DNA from: Selaginella moellendorffii
Taxonomy: Eukaryota; Plantae; Lycopodiophyta
DNA length: 64,000 nt
NCBI RefSeq assembly: GCF_000143415.4
Contig: NW_003314265.1
Span: 944,405 to 1,008,404 of the forward strand
Reading direction: 5' to 3'
The notes under the pieces are model-generated. The model was not told the origin of the DNA. It searched no databases and worked only from the letters and a program-made list of their open reading frames with translations. Positions 1-15,588 of the stretch are shown here, piece by piece. The position numbers and the translations under genes are program-made. Each line of letters opens with the position of its first letter. The stretch's first letter is position 1.

Positions 1-2
1 TG

Positions 3-284
3 GCAACAGGTGGAGCATCCCGAAGCACAAAAAGTTTAGCAACTGATCGCTCATGTCAGTTCCAGGCAGTAGTCACTTCCAAAGATGCTGCTGCGTGTTT
101 GTCAGCCAGTAAAACTGGCAGCTCCACACAGCAGGAAGTAGAAAATCTTTTTACCGCACCTTCTCATGTTTCTTCTTTTCGCAACTTCTCATGCATTCTA
201 AGATCCAATCATACAGAACGCGAAGGATCAAAACGGTCACTCAGTCTGTTTGAAGTATCTAGCACCGCATGCATACAAAACTGA
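3..284 (+). CDS. possible 3' end of an upstream gene (open frame from the window edge)
   Basis: Frame 3 is open from base 3 to TGA at 282-284. The translation is Ser/Thr/Ala-rich with no recognisable domain. Confidence 0.3.
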   Translation, partial: ATGGASRSTKSLATDRSCQFQAVVTSKDAAACLSASKTGSSTQQEVENLFTAPSHVSSFRNFSCILRSNHTEREGSKRSLSLFEVSSTACIQN

Positions 285-329
285 AGCAGGATAACTAGAA
301 GATCAGGACGAGCATAAACTAGAATTTGT

Positions 330-1091
330 CTAGCTTGGAGCAGCAGGAGCTTCCGGAGGAGCTTCCGTAGGAGTAGCGCCAGCGGCAGATTCCTTAGGCA
401 GCTCTTCGGGCAACGGAGGCTCGGGCCCCTGTGGATTGTTTTTAAGCAAGAAAGCAGCTAAATACTCGACTGGATTCGACGGCCTGGACAGAGACAAATG
501 CAATGGGAAGCAAAACAAGAGAAAACCGACGAGAAACAAAGACTGGCTAGACTGCTAAGACCTCCCTTCACTGTGCACTGCTTATAGGAAGACGAGGAGT
601 CAAAACCACGTACCTTTCAAGAACAAGGTGGTGCATGCCTTGCAATAGGAGAGGTACCACCGTTTTTTCCTATGAGAGATCGAAAACAAGGTAAATTCTC
701 CAAACGAAACACGAAGAGGAAGACAAAGAGCTTACCAGGAATTGCCGCACGGACAGGGCTCTGATCTCTATCCTGTTTTTCAATTCCAATGCTGCCTGTT
801 GAGCAGCTTCTCCCTGACAACCAGAATGAAAGGAACGATTTCTTCCCGAAAGGATGGATCGAGTGAAAGAGAAACGCACCTCAACCGGATCATCGAACCA
901 GGTGCCTGTGAATGTCGGCTCCGGCGGCGGCGCCTCGGCCGCCTCTGGCAAGCAAGAACAACAGGGTGCTTGTCAGCATCGATTCCCAGCCTGCATTTCG
1001 TCAGGATCGATAGCTTCGGCAGTGAAATACCTACAGCCGCTGGCTCCGAGGCTGGCGGCGGGGGCGGCGTTGGAGCGGCCTTGGGCGCCAT
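330..1091 (-). CDS. Dpy-30 motif protein (about 5 exons)
   Basis: Spliced reading through GT..AG introns gives MAPKAAPTPPPPPASEP...IEIRALSVRQFL-EKTVVPLLLQGMHHLVLER-PSNPVEYLAAFLLKNNP, a clear Dpy-30/RIIa-like dimerisation motif with Pro/Ala/Glu-rich flanks. Confidence 0.8.
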
Positions 1092-1200
1092 GGCTCTTCC
1101 CTCCCTGCGGTTTTCACGAAGAACGACGATCCTAGGATCACAGAATATGCGCTTTACGTTAGGGCTAATCACTTGACGGAATATTCGTTGCGAGTTGGCT

Positions 1201-1208
1201 TAGGGTTT
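1201..1208. promoter_or_regulatory. telo-box (TAGGGTTT) in a 128-bp head-to-head intergenic gap
   Basis: The motif lies between the divergent ATGs at 1091 (-) and 1220 (+). It recurs in the other divergent gaps (48035-48043, 54491-54498). Confidence 0.45.
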
Positions 1209-1219
1209 AGGGCTTTGCA

Positions 1220-3863
<2,644 letters not shown>

Positions 3864-3896
3864 GAAAAAAAAAACCCACCTTTTTTAGGGTTAGAA

Positions 3897-4494
3897 ATGA
3901 AGAAGCGGCAGCCAGGCGGCAAGGGAGCGAGCAAGGAGGCAGTGAAATCCCGGTCGTCTTACAACCCATGTGAAATCAGTGAGTCATTTGATCGCATTTA
4001 GTATCAATCTTTTTGCTCTTCCCTGCGCAGAGAAGAAGCGTGAGTTCTATCAGAACGCCAAGAAGGTGCAGAAGTATAAGAAGCTGAAGAAGGAGCTCGA
4101 TCCTCAAGTAAGTTTTGTAGTTTGTGCAGAAAATGTTGCTGAGAGAGAGAGCTTCTTGTAGAAACCTGAAGAGCAAACACACGCAAGGGCACAGAATGAA
4201 GATGGTGCTGGCGGCAGCCGTAGCCAAATTGGTGGAAGAAGGCACAGAAAACGGGGCTTCAGTTCCCTGGAGAGGCTGAGAGGCGAATATGAAAGGAAGA
4301 AAGAGGAGGTGGAAGTTGTCAAGGAAGAGAGAGCAAAGGAGAATGTGGCGAGGCAGCAGGCTCGGGAGCACTCGGAGAAGCTGAGGAAGCAGACCAAGGC
4401 AAAGATGTTTAAGAAAACTTCCAAGGGTCAGCCAGTGATGAAATTCAGGCTGGAGCAAATACTCAACAATGTGAAGTCTGGTAAAGCACAGTGA
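3897..4494 (+). CDS. Fyv7/TAP26-like rRNA-processing protein (basic, coiled coil), about 3 exons
   Basis: MKKRQPGGKG...EKKREFYQNAKKVQKYKKLKKEL...KMFKKTSKGQPVMKFRLEQIL. The C-terminal KKTxKGQPxM motif is typical of this family. Confidence 0.7.
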
Positions 4495-6337
4495 AAGAGA
4501 GAAGTTATCCCGTCTCACCTGGGCTCCTCGGCTGATGTTAGAATCTCACAGCAAGTAGCTGCTTGATAAGAAGTTACTTTTGAAAGAATCTTATTGTGTT
4601 CCTGACTCATTCTTAATAAATTATATAATAAGCCTGTTAAAATTATAAAATTGCCACTAATATAATTGATGACAACCATTCAATTAAGCATCATTGGCAG
4701 TTACAACTTTGTATGTAATTGCTTAATGTTTGAACTAATTTTAAAGTTAAAATTTTGAACTAAAGCAAGGCACTTTGAAAACCATTATAATCCACAAAAC
4801 ATTATTGTAATAAATAACATATTTCATCACTAAATTTATTTATTAGCCATCATTTAAAATTATTATTAACTTGATCAATAAAATTTATCTTTGGGTCTTC
4901 TTTTTTGTCAATATTCAACACTGCATATAGGAAGTTAAATTTGCTTTATTTATCTTTTCACATCTTCTTTATCCCTTCCTTGAAGGAAAAAAAATCTGAA
5001 ACCTAGTTTCATAAAAACTTATTACACTTAACCTCACTTTGTTATTTATATTCAACTTCATTCTATTACCACATTTGTTTAACCATTAGATTTGTGTTAG
5101 ATGTTTTATTCAAACTTAGTATCTTTGTACTCACTATACTTGTACTCATCTACAATCCATGTTTTTCCTTTTTGCTTTATCAATAAATCCTCACTCCATC
5201 ATTCTCATCACTCCTCCACCTCTTTTTTTGAAAAAAGAAAGTTTGAAATCTCAAGGAAAATAAGAGAAATTACTGAATTAAAAATTAAAAAATAAAAAGA
5301 AGAAAATGTGTTCAAACACATGGAAAACAAAAGACCTCTTGTTACAAAATATATTAACCACCATAACATAAGTAACAAATTCATATTGCTGAACTTCCTC
5401 AACACACACCTCAAGCCTCCACTAACAAAATAAAAGCAAGATTTTTAACTTTATATATATACTCAACATCTAGATTTTCTATAACAAAAACCAAAAACAC
5501 TTAACTCAATGCTTATTTAAGAATGAGAATGATAAAAGTCACAAATTATTGATATCTTAGGAAAAGGAAATATTGTAGATGAGAAAAAAGCATTAGGAAC
5601 ATGAGAAAGTGGCTTAAACTAAGAAATAAAAAAAAAGTTGAGAAAGAGAAATATAAAAAATCAAATGGTAAATTGAAAAATTAACACCTACCCCACTAAA
5701 TCTTCAACTCATCTTGAATTCTTTATCAATATAATTCCACTTAAGCTTGTAAACATTATCTGATCATTAATATCTCTACAATCACAATATCACAATTATA
5801 CCCATATCAATAGGAGATGGCAAGACACTAAGAATAGAAGCTATATAATCACGTCTTACGAGAGTTAGAGATGATAATACACAAAGGATAGGCATAACAC
5901 TAATATAATCATACATTATAACATCAAAAACTCAATTCAATGGAGTAATGTAAAGTGATATACTCTTTAATCGATAATTGTATGGCATTATAGAAGAAGA
6001 GAATGTAATAGAGATTAAAAAAAATTCAAATCTGATAGTTACAATTTTAAATTTGGCAAAAAGTTAATATAGATTTAGATCTAAAACAGAATGAAGAATA
6101 AAAATGAAAGCATAATCCTGAATATAAAACATTACCAAAACAACCTTGCCCTCTAAAGATACATTGCAAAGGTCTTCACTTTCATGTGAATGCTTGAGAT
6201 TTAGAAATAGGTATTTAAACTTCTCCTTATATACACGAATGAATGGAGTAGATTTAATCCTAAACTTAATATAATTAACATATTACCTATGTAGGGTAAT
6301 ACATACACACACACACATACACACACATATATATATA

Positions 6338-9300
6338 TATAGTGAGGGCCAAGTGTAAGATTACGATGCCGTATACTAATATTAACTAATATTAATATAG
6401 TGGGATTTTGGTAGCCGTCGGATTGATTTCAATCCGGATGTAGTGCATGTGATCATGGAATGAGATTTGAATATACTGTCACCGTGGATCCTTGAAACCT
6501 TGGGGATAAATGGGGATAAAATAGCCACTAAAGGCTCTTTCATCAAACAATTGCCCCTTTTTCCAATTGGTTTAAGGGGAGAGAGATAAGGTGTGTTACA
6601 GTTGGTATCAAAGCAAATGGCACGAGTTCGATTCCCATTGATTAGTGGCTACTTAAAAATATAATATACCCTTGAGCAAAGTATATTTCTACTCCTAAAT
6701 TTGAAATCATACGTATTGGACATCCATGTATACGTCCTTCCTCTTATGTGGAGTATTTATGGATGAAGGTATCCACTATAGGACTCAAATGGCACGAGTT
6801 CGATTCCCATTGATTAGTGGCTACTTAAAAATATAATATACCCTTGAGCAAAGTATATTTCTACTCCTAAATTTGAAATCATACGTATTGGACATCCATG
6901 CATACGTCCTTCCTCTTATGTGGAGTATTTACGGATGAAGGTATCCACCATAGGACTGCAGTACAGGTGAATAACTAGTTGCGTCACATGAAATAACTGG
7001 TCTACACAATGGAAGGATTGGTAGATTGAGTGCGGAAATGGAAGTGTTGATTCCCTTTAGCGCAGTAGGGGTTATTAATCAATAGTCAATGAGAACATTG
7101 ACATCTCTGAAGTGGGGGTGAGTATAGAACAATGGAAGGATTGGTAGATTGAGTGCGGAAATGGAGGTGTTAGTTCCCCTTGGCTCAGTAGGGGAATAGT
7201 CAATGAGGACATTATGAGTGTAGTGCATGTGATCATGAGATAAGATTTAGATATACTGTCACTATGGGGTGAGTGTAGGGCATGTGATCATGGGATGAGA
7301 TTTAGATATACTGTCATCATGGATCCTTGGAACTTGATGAGATTTAAATATACTGTCATCATGGATCCTTGGAACTCTAGGGGATAAATGGGGATAAAAT
7401 AGCCACTAAGAGCTCTCTTATCAAGCAATTGCCCCATTTCCAATTGGTTTAAAGGGAAAAAGATAAGGTGCGTTACACCAGACCACTTGCTCTTGTATAT
7501 AAGCTAAGGTTTTTGGGCTAATTGACATGCATATTTTTTATATTTCTTTTCTATATTCTAATCACTCACATTGGTGGACGTGAAGGGCACCTTTGATTAT
7601 CCTTAAGGAGTGTTTGAATTTAAGATTTTGGTTTAGATCTAGCTTTTACATCATCTAGATTTAACTTTTTCCATTTCCTTTTTTTTTTTCTTTCCTATCA
7701 GAATTTTGTTTTAGATCTAGCTTTTTGCATTGTCTAGATCTTCATTTCCTTTTAACTTTTGTCATTCCTCTTCTTTTGCTCTTTCCTTTTCATGGCAGAT
7801 CAATAATCTCCTCCTTTGATTTTGGAACAACAATTGGTACAATTGCTTGATGCTATGCACTTGCAATTGAACAACCAAACTCAATTAATGGCAGCGTTTA
7901 CAACACGTGGTACAACTCCTCCTACTCTTGGTGCCAATCCTTGCGTTCGGCTGGAGTTTTTTCACGGGAATTCTGGGGATGATGTGTACCATTGGTTCAA
8001 TCACTTCATGGTGATTGCCACATATCATTCTTGGGATGATACTTGACATTTATGTGAGTTTCCCATGTGTCTCCAAGGGATGGCATTGCAGTTGTACAAT
8101 GGTTTAAGTGCAGCCACTCGTGGGGATTGAAGTGTTCTCCCGAACGTCTTCAAACGTGCATTTGGACATGTCGATGATTGTGATGATGCCTTCCAACAAT
8201 TGCATCTTCTTCACCAAGGGCCATCTGAGTCAGTGATGCAATTTAGCATTTGTTTCTGAAGTCTTTTGCTTCGTGTGGAGCCAAATATGTCAGAGCGGAT
8301 CAAGCTAGGAATGTTGTGGCTAGCACTTCATCTAGATTTTGTCAAACTTGTGCATGCACTTGCTCTAACCACCCTTGACGATGCTCTTTGCTTGGCACAA
8401 CGTTATGAGATGTCACCTCTTCCACTTCTTGCTGCCCGTCCTTCCGCTCCTCTTCTTGTAGGCGATGGTCCTGTTCTAATGGAGGTTGATGCTGCTGCTG
8501 CTCGAATCCAAGGACAAGGGCGAGGACGTGGTTGTCGCCGTGACGTTCGTTGTTGGGCATGTGATGAATTTAGGCATACTTATCGGCATTGTTAGCGTTT
8601 TCCGGATTGGCAACCTCCATTTTCTAAGTGAAGACCTTAGCATCAACAACATCCTATTGGTGCTACTGTAGTGGAAGGTCTAGACACCATGATGCATCCA
8701 GGAAATGAGGAGTTGCATGAGTAATAGAAGGACTTTGTGCGAATAAATCAGTGACCCCTTCATCTTTCTTTCAGGAGTATCATCAAGGGGTTCATTCAGC
8801 ACTAGTTTATCCAATGTTTACTTTCCAAGCTCATTTTTATAACAAAAGGTCTCTTATTATTCTCTCTGTATTGGTTAATACAGGTTCGAATTTATCTTCT
8901 ATTGCTTGACCTGTTGCCACATGTTGCTGTTTACACTTGCATCGTATGGCAAAACCAGTTTTCATTCTTTATAGCAATGGCGTACACATGCATGTGCACG
9001 GGATGAGGCAAATGTGGTTGTGCGTATGGGCAATTTCGAGATTGAGTTGCAGTCTTTGCGGGTGGTGCCGAGTCAAGCTTTTGACTTCATCCTTGGTATA
9101 AATTAGTTGCAGTGCAATCATGCTAAATGTGATTTTGAGGCTTCTCCCCCTTGTCTCATACTTCCTTATGTTTCATTTATTCCTCTCACTTTCGTACCTC
9201 TTTGTCCTTTTACTTTTACTTCTACTTCTATTACTTTTGTCCCCCCACTATTTCCTCTTATATTTCCGTCTTGTTTTGCTCTTCCTTTTTCCAATCCCTG

Positions 9301-12165
9301 TGACAATCTTTGTGTTGCAATGGTTAACCGGCTCATGAAAGAGTATTTTGATCTCTTTGACTTTGACTTATCATCTGGGGCTAAGATTGCCACACATCAT
9401 CCGATTCCAACCGGGGATGCTCGTTCAATCAAGGTTCCTATTCGTCATCAATCACCCAAAGAGATTAAGATTTTACGTGCAAACATTAAGAAGATGTTAG
9501 AGAAGGGTGTTATTTAGAAGTCGCAAAGTCCTTGGGAATGTAAACTTCATCTTGTGATGAAGCCTGATGAAAGTATTCATTTCTACATTAACTATCATCT
9601 ATTAAACAAAATGACGATCCTAGATGTGTACCCTCTTCCTCACACTACTGATGTCTTAGATCATCTAGGGCAAAGTCGTTGGTTCACCAAGCTAGATCTT
9701 GCTTCTGGGTACTAGCAAGTACCGATGGTCGAAGAAGATATTCTTAAGACTGCTTTTGTACACCATTTGGATTGTATGAGTTCTTGGTGATGCCGTTTGG
9801 TTTGAACAATGTTCCAGCAACTTTCCAATAGATGATGGACGAGGTTCTTTGCGATATTGTGGAGGTGATTGCTGACTTCATTGATGATGTCTTGATCCAC
9901 TCGAAGGGGACGTGGGAAGAGCACGTTCGTGATGTTCGTAAAGTGTTGGATAGGCTACAAGGCATTGGTTTAAAGCTGAAGTGGTTGAAGTGCGTGTTTG
10001 GGTCTAAAGACACAATTTATTTTGGGTATCATATTTCTCGTGAGAGTTTGCAAGTTGGTCTTGACAAACTTGTGGCTGTTCTAATGTTCCTTATTCCGAA
10101 GTGTGTAAATGATGTGCAACGCTTCTTGGGCAAGGTGCAATATCTCGATCGTTTTGTGGATCATTTTTTTGATCGCACTGCACCATTGCAAACATTGTTG
10201 AAATTATCAATGTCATCTTTCATTTGGTCTCCAAATTATGAGCGGGCGTTCGTGGATCTCAAAGAGCTAATGACGACTCCTCCAGTTTTAGCATATCCTA
10301 ACTACACTCGACCTTTTATTTTGCGCATGGATGCTTCTGACATTGATATTGGAGGAGTGTTGATGCAAGAAAGCTCTAATGTGCTTAGTTAGTGCTATCC
10401 TATTGTGTATATAAACCGTACATTACAACTAGCGGAGATGAATTACTCCACGACAGAGAAGAATAGTTTAGCAGCAATCTGAGGTTTCGAAAAACTTCAT
10501 GCATATCTACATGGTTCTCGAACGTTACTTGAAGGTGACTATGCTGTTGTTATTTCATTATTGAAGCGGAAGAACCTAGTTTATCGTACTACTTAGTGGG
10601 TTTTAAAGCTTCAAATATATGATTTTAATGTTGTTCATCGCCCAAGGAGTTCTATGGCTGATGCTGATGCCCTTTCTCGAGCTTTTCTTCCTTCTCCACT
10701 CTCTTCTCATGTTTCTAACAAGCTTGTTATTCCAGCATCTGTGGATTTTCAAGACAAGGATTATGTGCCATCGACAGTTGCTGTATTTGACGTTAAGTGT
10801 CCACAAGGCACAGAGCAAGATCTACCTTCTCTTGATGAGGTTCGCAAGGCTCAAATGCTTGAGTCATGGATTCAAAGGTTTCCAAAGGGGTTTGAAAATT
10901 CTACATCACTTACTGATGATTTGCTTTTCCAGCATTTACATTCTTAATATCGCCTTGAAGATAGCTTTCTTTATTTTGTAGGGACAGATCCTGATGATCA
11001 TTTACGGCTGGTGGTGCCTTCTGTCTTTATTCCGTGGTTTCTTTATGCCTACCATGATTCTCCTGTTCTAGGTGGGCATATGGGTCATTGTCGTGTAACC
11101 AAGAAGCTACGCAAGTCTTTCTATTAGCCGGAGATGCGACGTGATGTTATTCAATATATGTGTAGCTGCATTTGGTGCCATGCTCATAATACTCCCCCTT
11201 GTGCCACAAAAGGACGGTTGGAGTTAATTACAGTTTCCCGTCCGTTTGAGTTGGTGGTATTTGATGTTATAAGACCTTTTCCACAGTTGACTGTTGGCAA
11301 TGAGTATGGTATTATTGCTTTTGACTACTTTACTTGTTAGTTGGAAGTTGGTGCTCTTACTAGCAACTCTGCAACTGTTGTTGGATACTTCCTCCTCAAT
11401 CAAGTGGTGTTCCAGCATTCTTGTCCTGAGCGAATTCTTTTGGATAATGGTTCTGCATTTATGGCTGAGACATTTCATGTTTTGATGTCTCCGTTGAGGA
11501 TACACCACACTTTCGCGAGTGCTTATCAGCCATAATCAGACAGTCTAGTGGAATGGCTCGTTCAGACATTCAAAAGGATGATTGCAAAGTATGTGAACTT
11601 TCAACATTCGAATTGGGATGGTTATTTGCCGTCTCTTCAGTATGTATATGTCACAGGGGTGCAGAGTTCTGTTAGTGCTTCACCATATAAACTCTTATAT
11701 GATCATGATCCAATATTACCAACAGAGCTAGGTTTACCTTTGCGATTGCCATGAGCTGCTAATGCTAAGTCATGGGATCAGTATTTGATGAGTATTTTTC
11801 CACTTGTCCGAGCAGAGTCTGTTGAACACTTAAGCCACGTACAAGTGGGATAACAACGGCACTACAACTCCCATCATCCTCCACCTATGGAGTACAAAGT
11901 GGATGATTTGGTGTTAGTCTGTTTTCCCTATCTTACGGTATGTGGTTTATCTAAAGGGCTCCTAGCGCAGTGGAAAGGACCATATCAAGTGTTGCGGCAA
12001 GTTGAACCATAAGTTTGTGAGGTTTGGCATGATGTCCAGCAAGTCGATCCTCTAGAGATGGTGCATGTGCAGCAATTGAAACGCTTCATACAAAGGGATC
12101 AAGAGCAGTTAATACCACCTAAAGATCTACCAATGCCTCCTCCTGATGTTCCTCCAGATATTAAC
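6338..12165 (+). mobile_element. decayed Ty3/Gypsy LTR retrotransposon (copy A), 3' end missing
   Basis: 5' LTR at about 6338-7570 (about 190 bp net of a TRIM insertion), ending TCACA; PBS-like TGGTGGACGTG at 7572. Gag with PVLMEVD and CWACDEFRHTYRHC knuckle; RT (FIDDVLIHS), RNase H (MDASDIDIGGVL), integrase HHCC and core (FELVVFDVIRPF). Many stops and frameshifts. Domain order PR-RT-RH-INT. Confidence 0.9.
6439..7477 (+). mobile_element. TRIM (terminal-repeat retrotransposon in miniature) nested in the 5' LTR of Gypsy A
   Basis: 162-bp LTR TGTAGTGCAT...GTTACA (6439-6600), tRNA-Met-type PBS TGGTATCAAAGC, purine tract GAAGTGGGGGTGAG, second LTR about 7219-7477 with internal duplications. TSD CCGGA/CCAGA. 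Non-coding interior with a ~172-bp tandem duplication. Confidence 0.85.
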
Positions 12166-12232
12166 CCACACATATATACATACAAAAAATATGCATATCC
12201 ATTAGCCCAAAAACCCTAACTTATATACATGA

Positions 12233-12425
12233 GCAAATAGTTTAGATTCAAACCAATCCAACAACTATCAAAATCCCTTTCAGGAGGTGAAAAACCCTTT
12301 GCAAGAGGTAATGCAAATGATTTTCACTGCAAATAGTTTAGATTCAAACCAATCCAACAACTATCAAAATCCCTTTCAGGAGGTGAAAAACCCTTTGCAA
12401 GAGGTAATGCAAATGATTTTCACCG
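12233..12425. repeat. 96-bp tandem duplication overlapping an inverted Gypsy LTR fragment
   Basis: GCAAATAGTTTAGATTCAAACCAATCC... starts at both 12233 and 12329. Confidence 0.85.
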
Positions 12426-13169
12426 CAAGTGCAAACTATTTGGTTTCTAATCTCATTGAAACCAAAGACAGCTTTGGCCAGCACTGCCAAAGACAACATT
12501 CACAAGGACCTCGAGTTGGAAACTTCTGGCTTCAGGAAGTGTTTTACTGGCCAGAACTAGAACCAGCAGCAGCAACAACAGCAACCAAGCAAGACGTGCA
12601 CCAAAGTAAGATCTCATTCTTTATTTGAAGTGCCAGACTCTGAATCTTCTACTTTTCAAAAGTTCACAAACAGGTTGCAATGGGACAAGCTTTGGACTTG
12701 TCCAAGTTTGGGGATTATACATGCAACACGCAACTCCTGGAGGAGCTGCAGCATCTGTTCGGCATTGACGAGAACCTGAACGTGGCAAGCCGTGTACGTA
12801 GATAACGAAGGCAACATGCTGCTCGTCGGAGATGCATTTCATGTTGTGTTTGTTTAACACGACGGTGCGATGCACATACGGATCCTATCGCCAGCTCAAG
12901 GAATCCTGCTGATCGGAGCTTGCTGGTTGGCTCTTCCGTGCTGCTGTTGCCAGCACGGGAAGCTTCTGGATCAAGTAAGATTCTTCGTTTTGCACTAATT
13001 GAGAACTTCCCCTTTTTGCCCTGTCTATATAAAACAGTGGTACTTAGCTCAAGTTTAGGGCTCATCGGTGATCAAGGGCTAGAGCAGTGATGGATGCCGC
13101 ATCTTGGGGTTTCGCGACCCTTCCACTCTGCCCATTGATCAGAGCTCCAGGTAGGCCGCTTCGCCTCTC

Positions 13170-15310
13170 TCCACCCTCGCAAGGTAAGTTTGTTTAGGTA
13201 GGGCTTTTCTTTGCTTTAGGAGTAAGACAGAGATTTGGAAAGCGAAGCTGCTTGCAACGAGCTAAGAGGTATGCTAGAGGCGATCAAGAAATCGTGTTGA
13301 AACTCTCAACGCTTGAAGACACCTCTTTTCGATTGCAACGCAAAAGGGAGCCAGTGACACAACAAACAACTCAAACAAGCAAAGTGCAAGACAACGGGCC
13401 AAGGAACTCTCAACGCGAAGGGAAACTCACCGATGTGGACACCGCTGTTGAACAAAACTAACGATCAACGATACTTATTTTCACGTTGCCAGGTTTGCGT
13501 GTGTTTCGATTTGTTCTAATTTCTTGTCATGAAGAAGCCAAGTGACATGCTGGTGCTGCTCAACGACGATAAGAACTGAAAAACTCCCATGTCACAGTGT
13601 GTGCCAAGAAGAGAAGAGATTGGAGAGATTTTGTGTCAACGTTTTGAAGCTTTGAGTTGTGTTGTTGCTGCGCTCAACGCAAGATCTGCGAGCTGAGAAA
13701 CAACGTTGGGAAACTGCGATCTTCAGAACTTAAATCCAGCTGAAGTTCTACATGACAATGGTCCAACCTCAATGAAAACAACGATCAGGGCCGGTCAAGG
13801 ATCAGCGACGGATCAAGTCCACTCTCACCTCGCAAGGTAAGTTCGTTTAGAGTAAGACAACGAAACAAGAGAGATTTGCTGGAGACAAGACAGCGAAGCT
13901 GCTTGCAACGAGCTAAGAGGTATTCTCTAGGCTAGAGGCGATTAAGAATTCGTGTTGAAACTCTCAACGTTTGAAGACGCTCTTTCTTTTCGATGCTATG
14001 CTCAACGCACACAGTCCAAGTTAATATGATATGCTTGATCAAACAACTCAAACAAGCTAAGTGCAAAACAAAGGTCCAAGGAACTCTCGACGCGAAGGGA
14101 AACTTGTTGTCAGGTTTGTGTGTGTTTCAATTTGTTCTAAGTTTTTGTCATGAAAAAGACAAGTGACATGTTGGTGCTGCTCAACCACGATAAGAACTAA
14201 AAAATGCTGTGTCCAAGAAGAAAAATGCTACGAGATTGGAGAGATTCTATGTCAACATTTTGTAGAGATTGTCAGCGATGTTTGCTGCTGCTCAACGCAA
14301 GACCTGGGAGCTGAGAAACAACGTAAGGCATCTGCAATCTTCAAAACTTCAATCCAGTTGAAGACGTACATGACAATGGTCCAACCTCAACGAAAACAAC
14401 GATCATGAAAACTCTGGCTGTCCAACGATATGGAAGTCGAAGTTTAACAGGTTCGTGAGCTGTTTGTTCTAACCAAAACGTTTGTTGAAAATGTACATGA
14501 CAATGGTCCAACCTCAATGAAAACAACGATCATGATCCGTCGCTGATCCTTGACAGGCCCGGTCCACTCTCGCACCTCTCCACCTCACAAGGTAAGTTCG
14601 TTCAGTTTTCTTTGTGTTAGCAATAAGCGAGTAAGACAACGAAACAAGAGAGATTTGCTGGAGACAAGAAATATGCTCTAGAATGATCAACGATAAAAGA
14701 GAGGCTAGAAGCAATCAAGAATTTGTTGAAACTCTCAACGTTTGAAGACGCTCTTTCTTTTCGATTGAGATTGTCGACGGGGTATGCTCAACGCAAAAGG
14801 GAGCCAGTGACACAGTCAAGCTAAGATGATATGCTTAAACAACTCAAACAAACTAAGTGCAAAACAGCGGCCCAAGAAACTTTCAACGGGAAGGGAAACT
14901 AACGATCATTGAAAGTTGACATACTTAGCTTCATGTTGTCAGGTTTGTGTGTGTTTCAATTTGTTCTAATTTCTTGGCATGAAAAAGACAAGTGACATGT
15001 TGGTGCTGCTCAACCACCATAAGAACTAAAAAGCGCTGTGTCCAAGAAGAAAAATGCTACGAGATTGGAGAGATTCTGTGTCAACATTTTGGAGAGATTG
15101 TCAGCAATGTTGCTGCTGCGCTCAACGCAAGACCTGCGAGCTGAGAAACAACGTTGGGCATCTGCGACTTCAGAACTTCAATCCAGTTGAAGACGTACAT
15201 GACAATGGTCCAACCTCAATGAAAACAACGATCATGAAAACTTCGGCTGTTCAAGGATATGGAAGTCGAAGTTTGACAGGTGCTTGTTCTAACCAAAATG
15301 CTTGTTCAAC
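13170..15310. repeat. three diverged tandem units of about 650-750 bp with internal TGCTCAAC sub-repeats
   Basis: CCTC(G/A)CAAGGTAAGTT recurs at about 13175, 13828 and 14583; CAGGTTTG(C/T)GTGTGTTTC recurs at about 13490, 14111 and 14940. Confidence 0.8.
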
Positions 15311-15588
15311 GAACTGAGAGGCTTCAACCCCAGGTCTATGTTCTCTTTAGTTTTCTTTATGGTTTCTCTAACTTCCTTTTGTTTTTGCAACGCCATGAGA
15401 TTGCAACGGTGACATAGAACAATGTTCCATAGCGATAGGTAGATGGAAGTGTACGCTTTGGCAGTGGCAAAACGAGACGACCTACACAAAGCTACCCTGT
15501 GGTTTCCTTGAAAAGAAATGAATACATTTACAAACATTTGCCAAGTAGTTATTAAAAAACACCAAAGTAGCTTGCCAGAGACGAGCGT

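Noticed and set aside
4600-6300. AT-rich tract (also 45050-46100) that may be old TE debris
   Set aside because: No termini, TSD or recognisable protein motif found.
6301-6340. (CA)n(TA)n microsatellite next to the 5' LTR of A, and TA run next to that of B, suggesting microsatellite targeting
   Set aside because: Part of the TA run is probably the LTR's TG start decayed to TA, and no paired TSD is available to test it.
6338-12285. Apparent inverted terminal repeats on Gypsy A suggesting a DIRS-type element
   Set aside because: The element has a DDE integrase with an HHCC finger and no tyrosine recombinase. The inverted piece is better explained as part of copy B's split 3' LTR.
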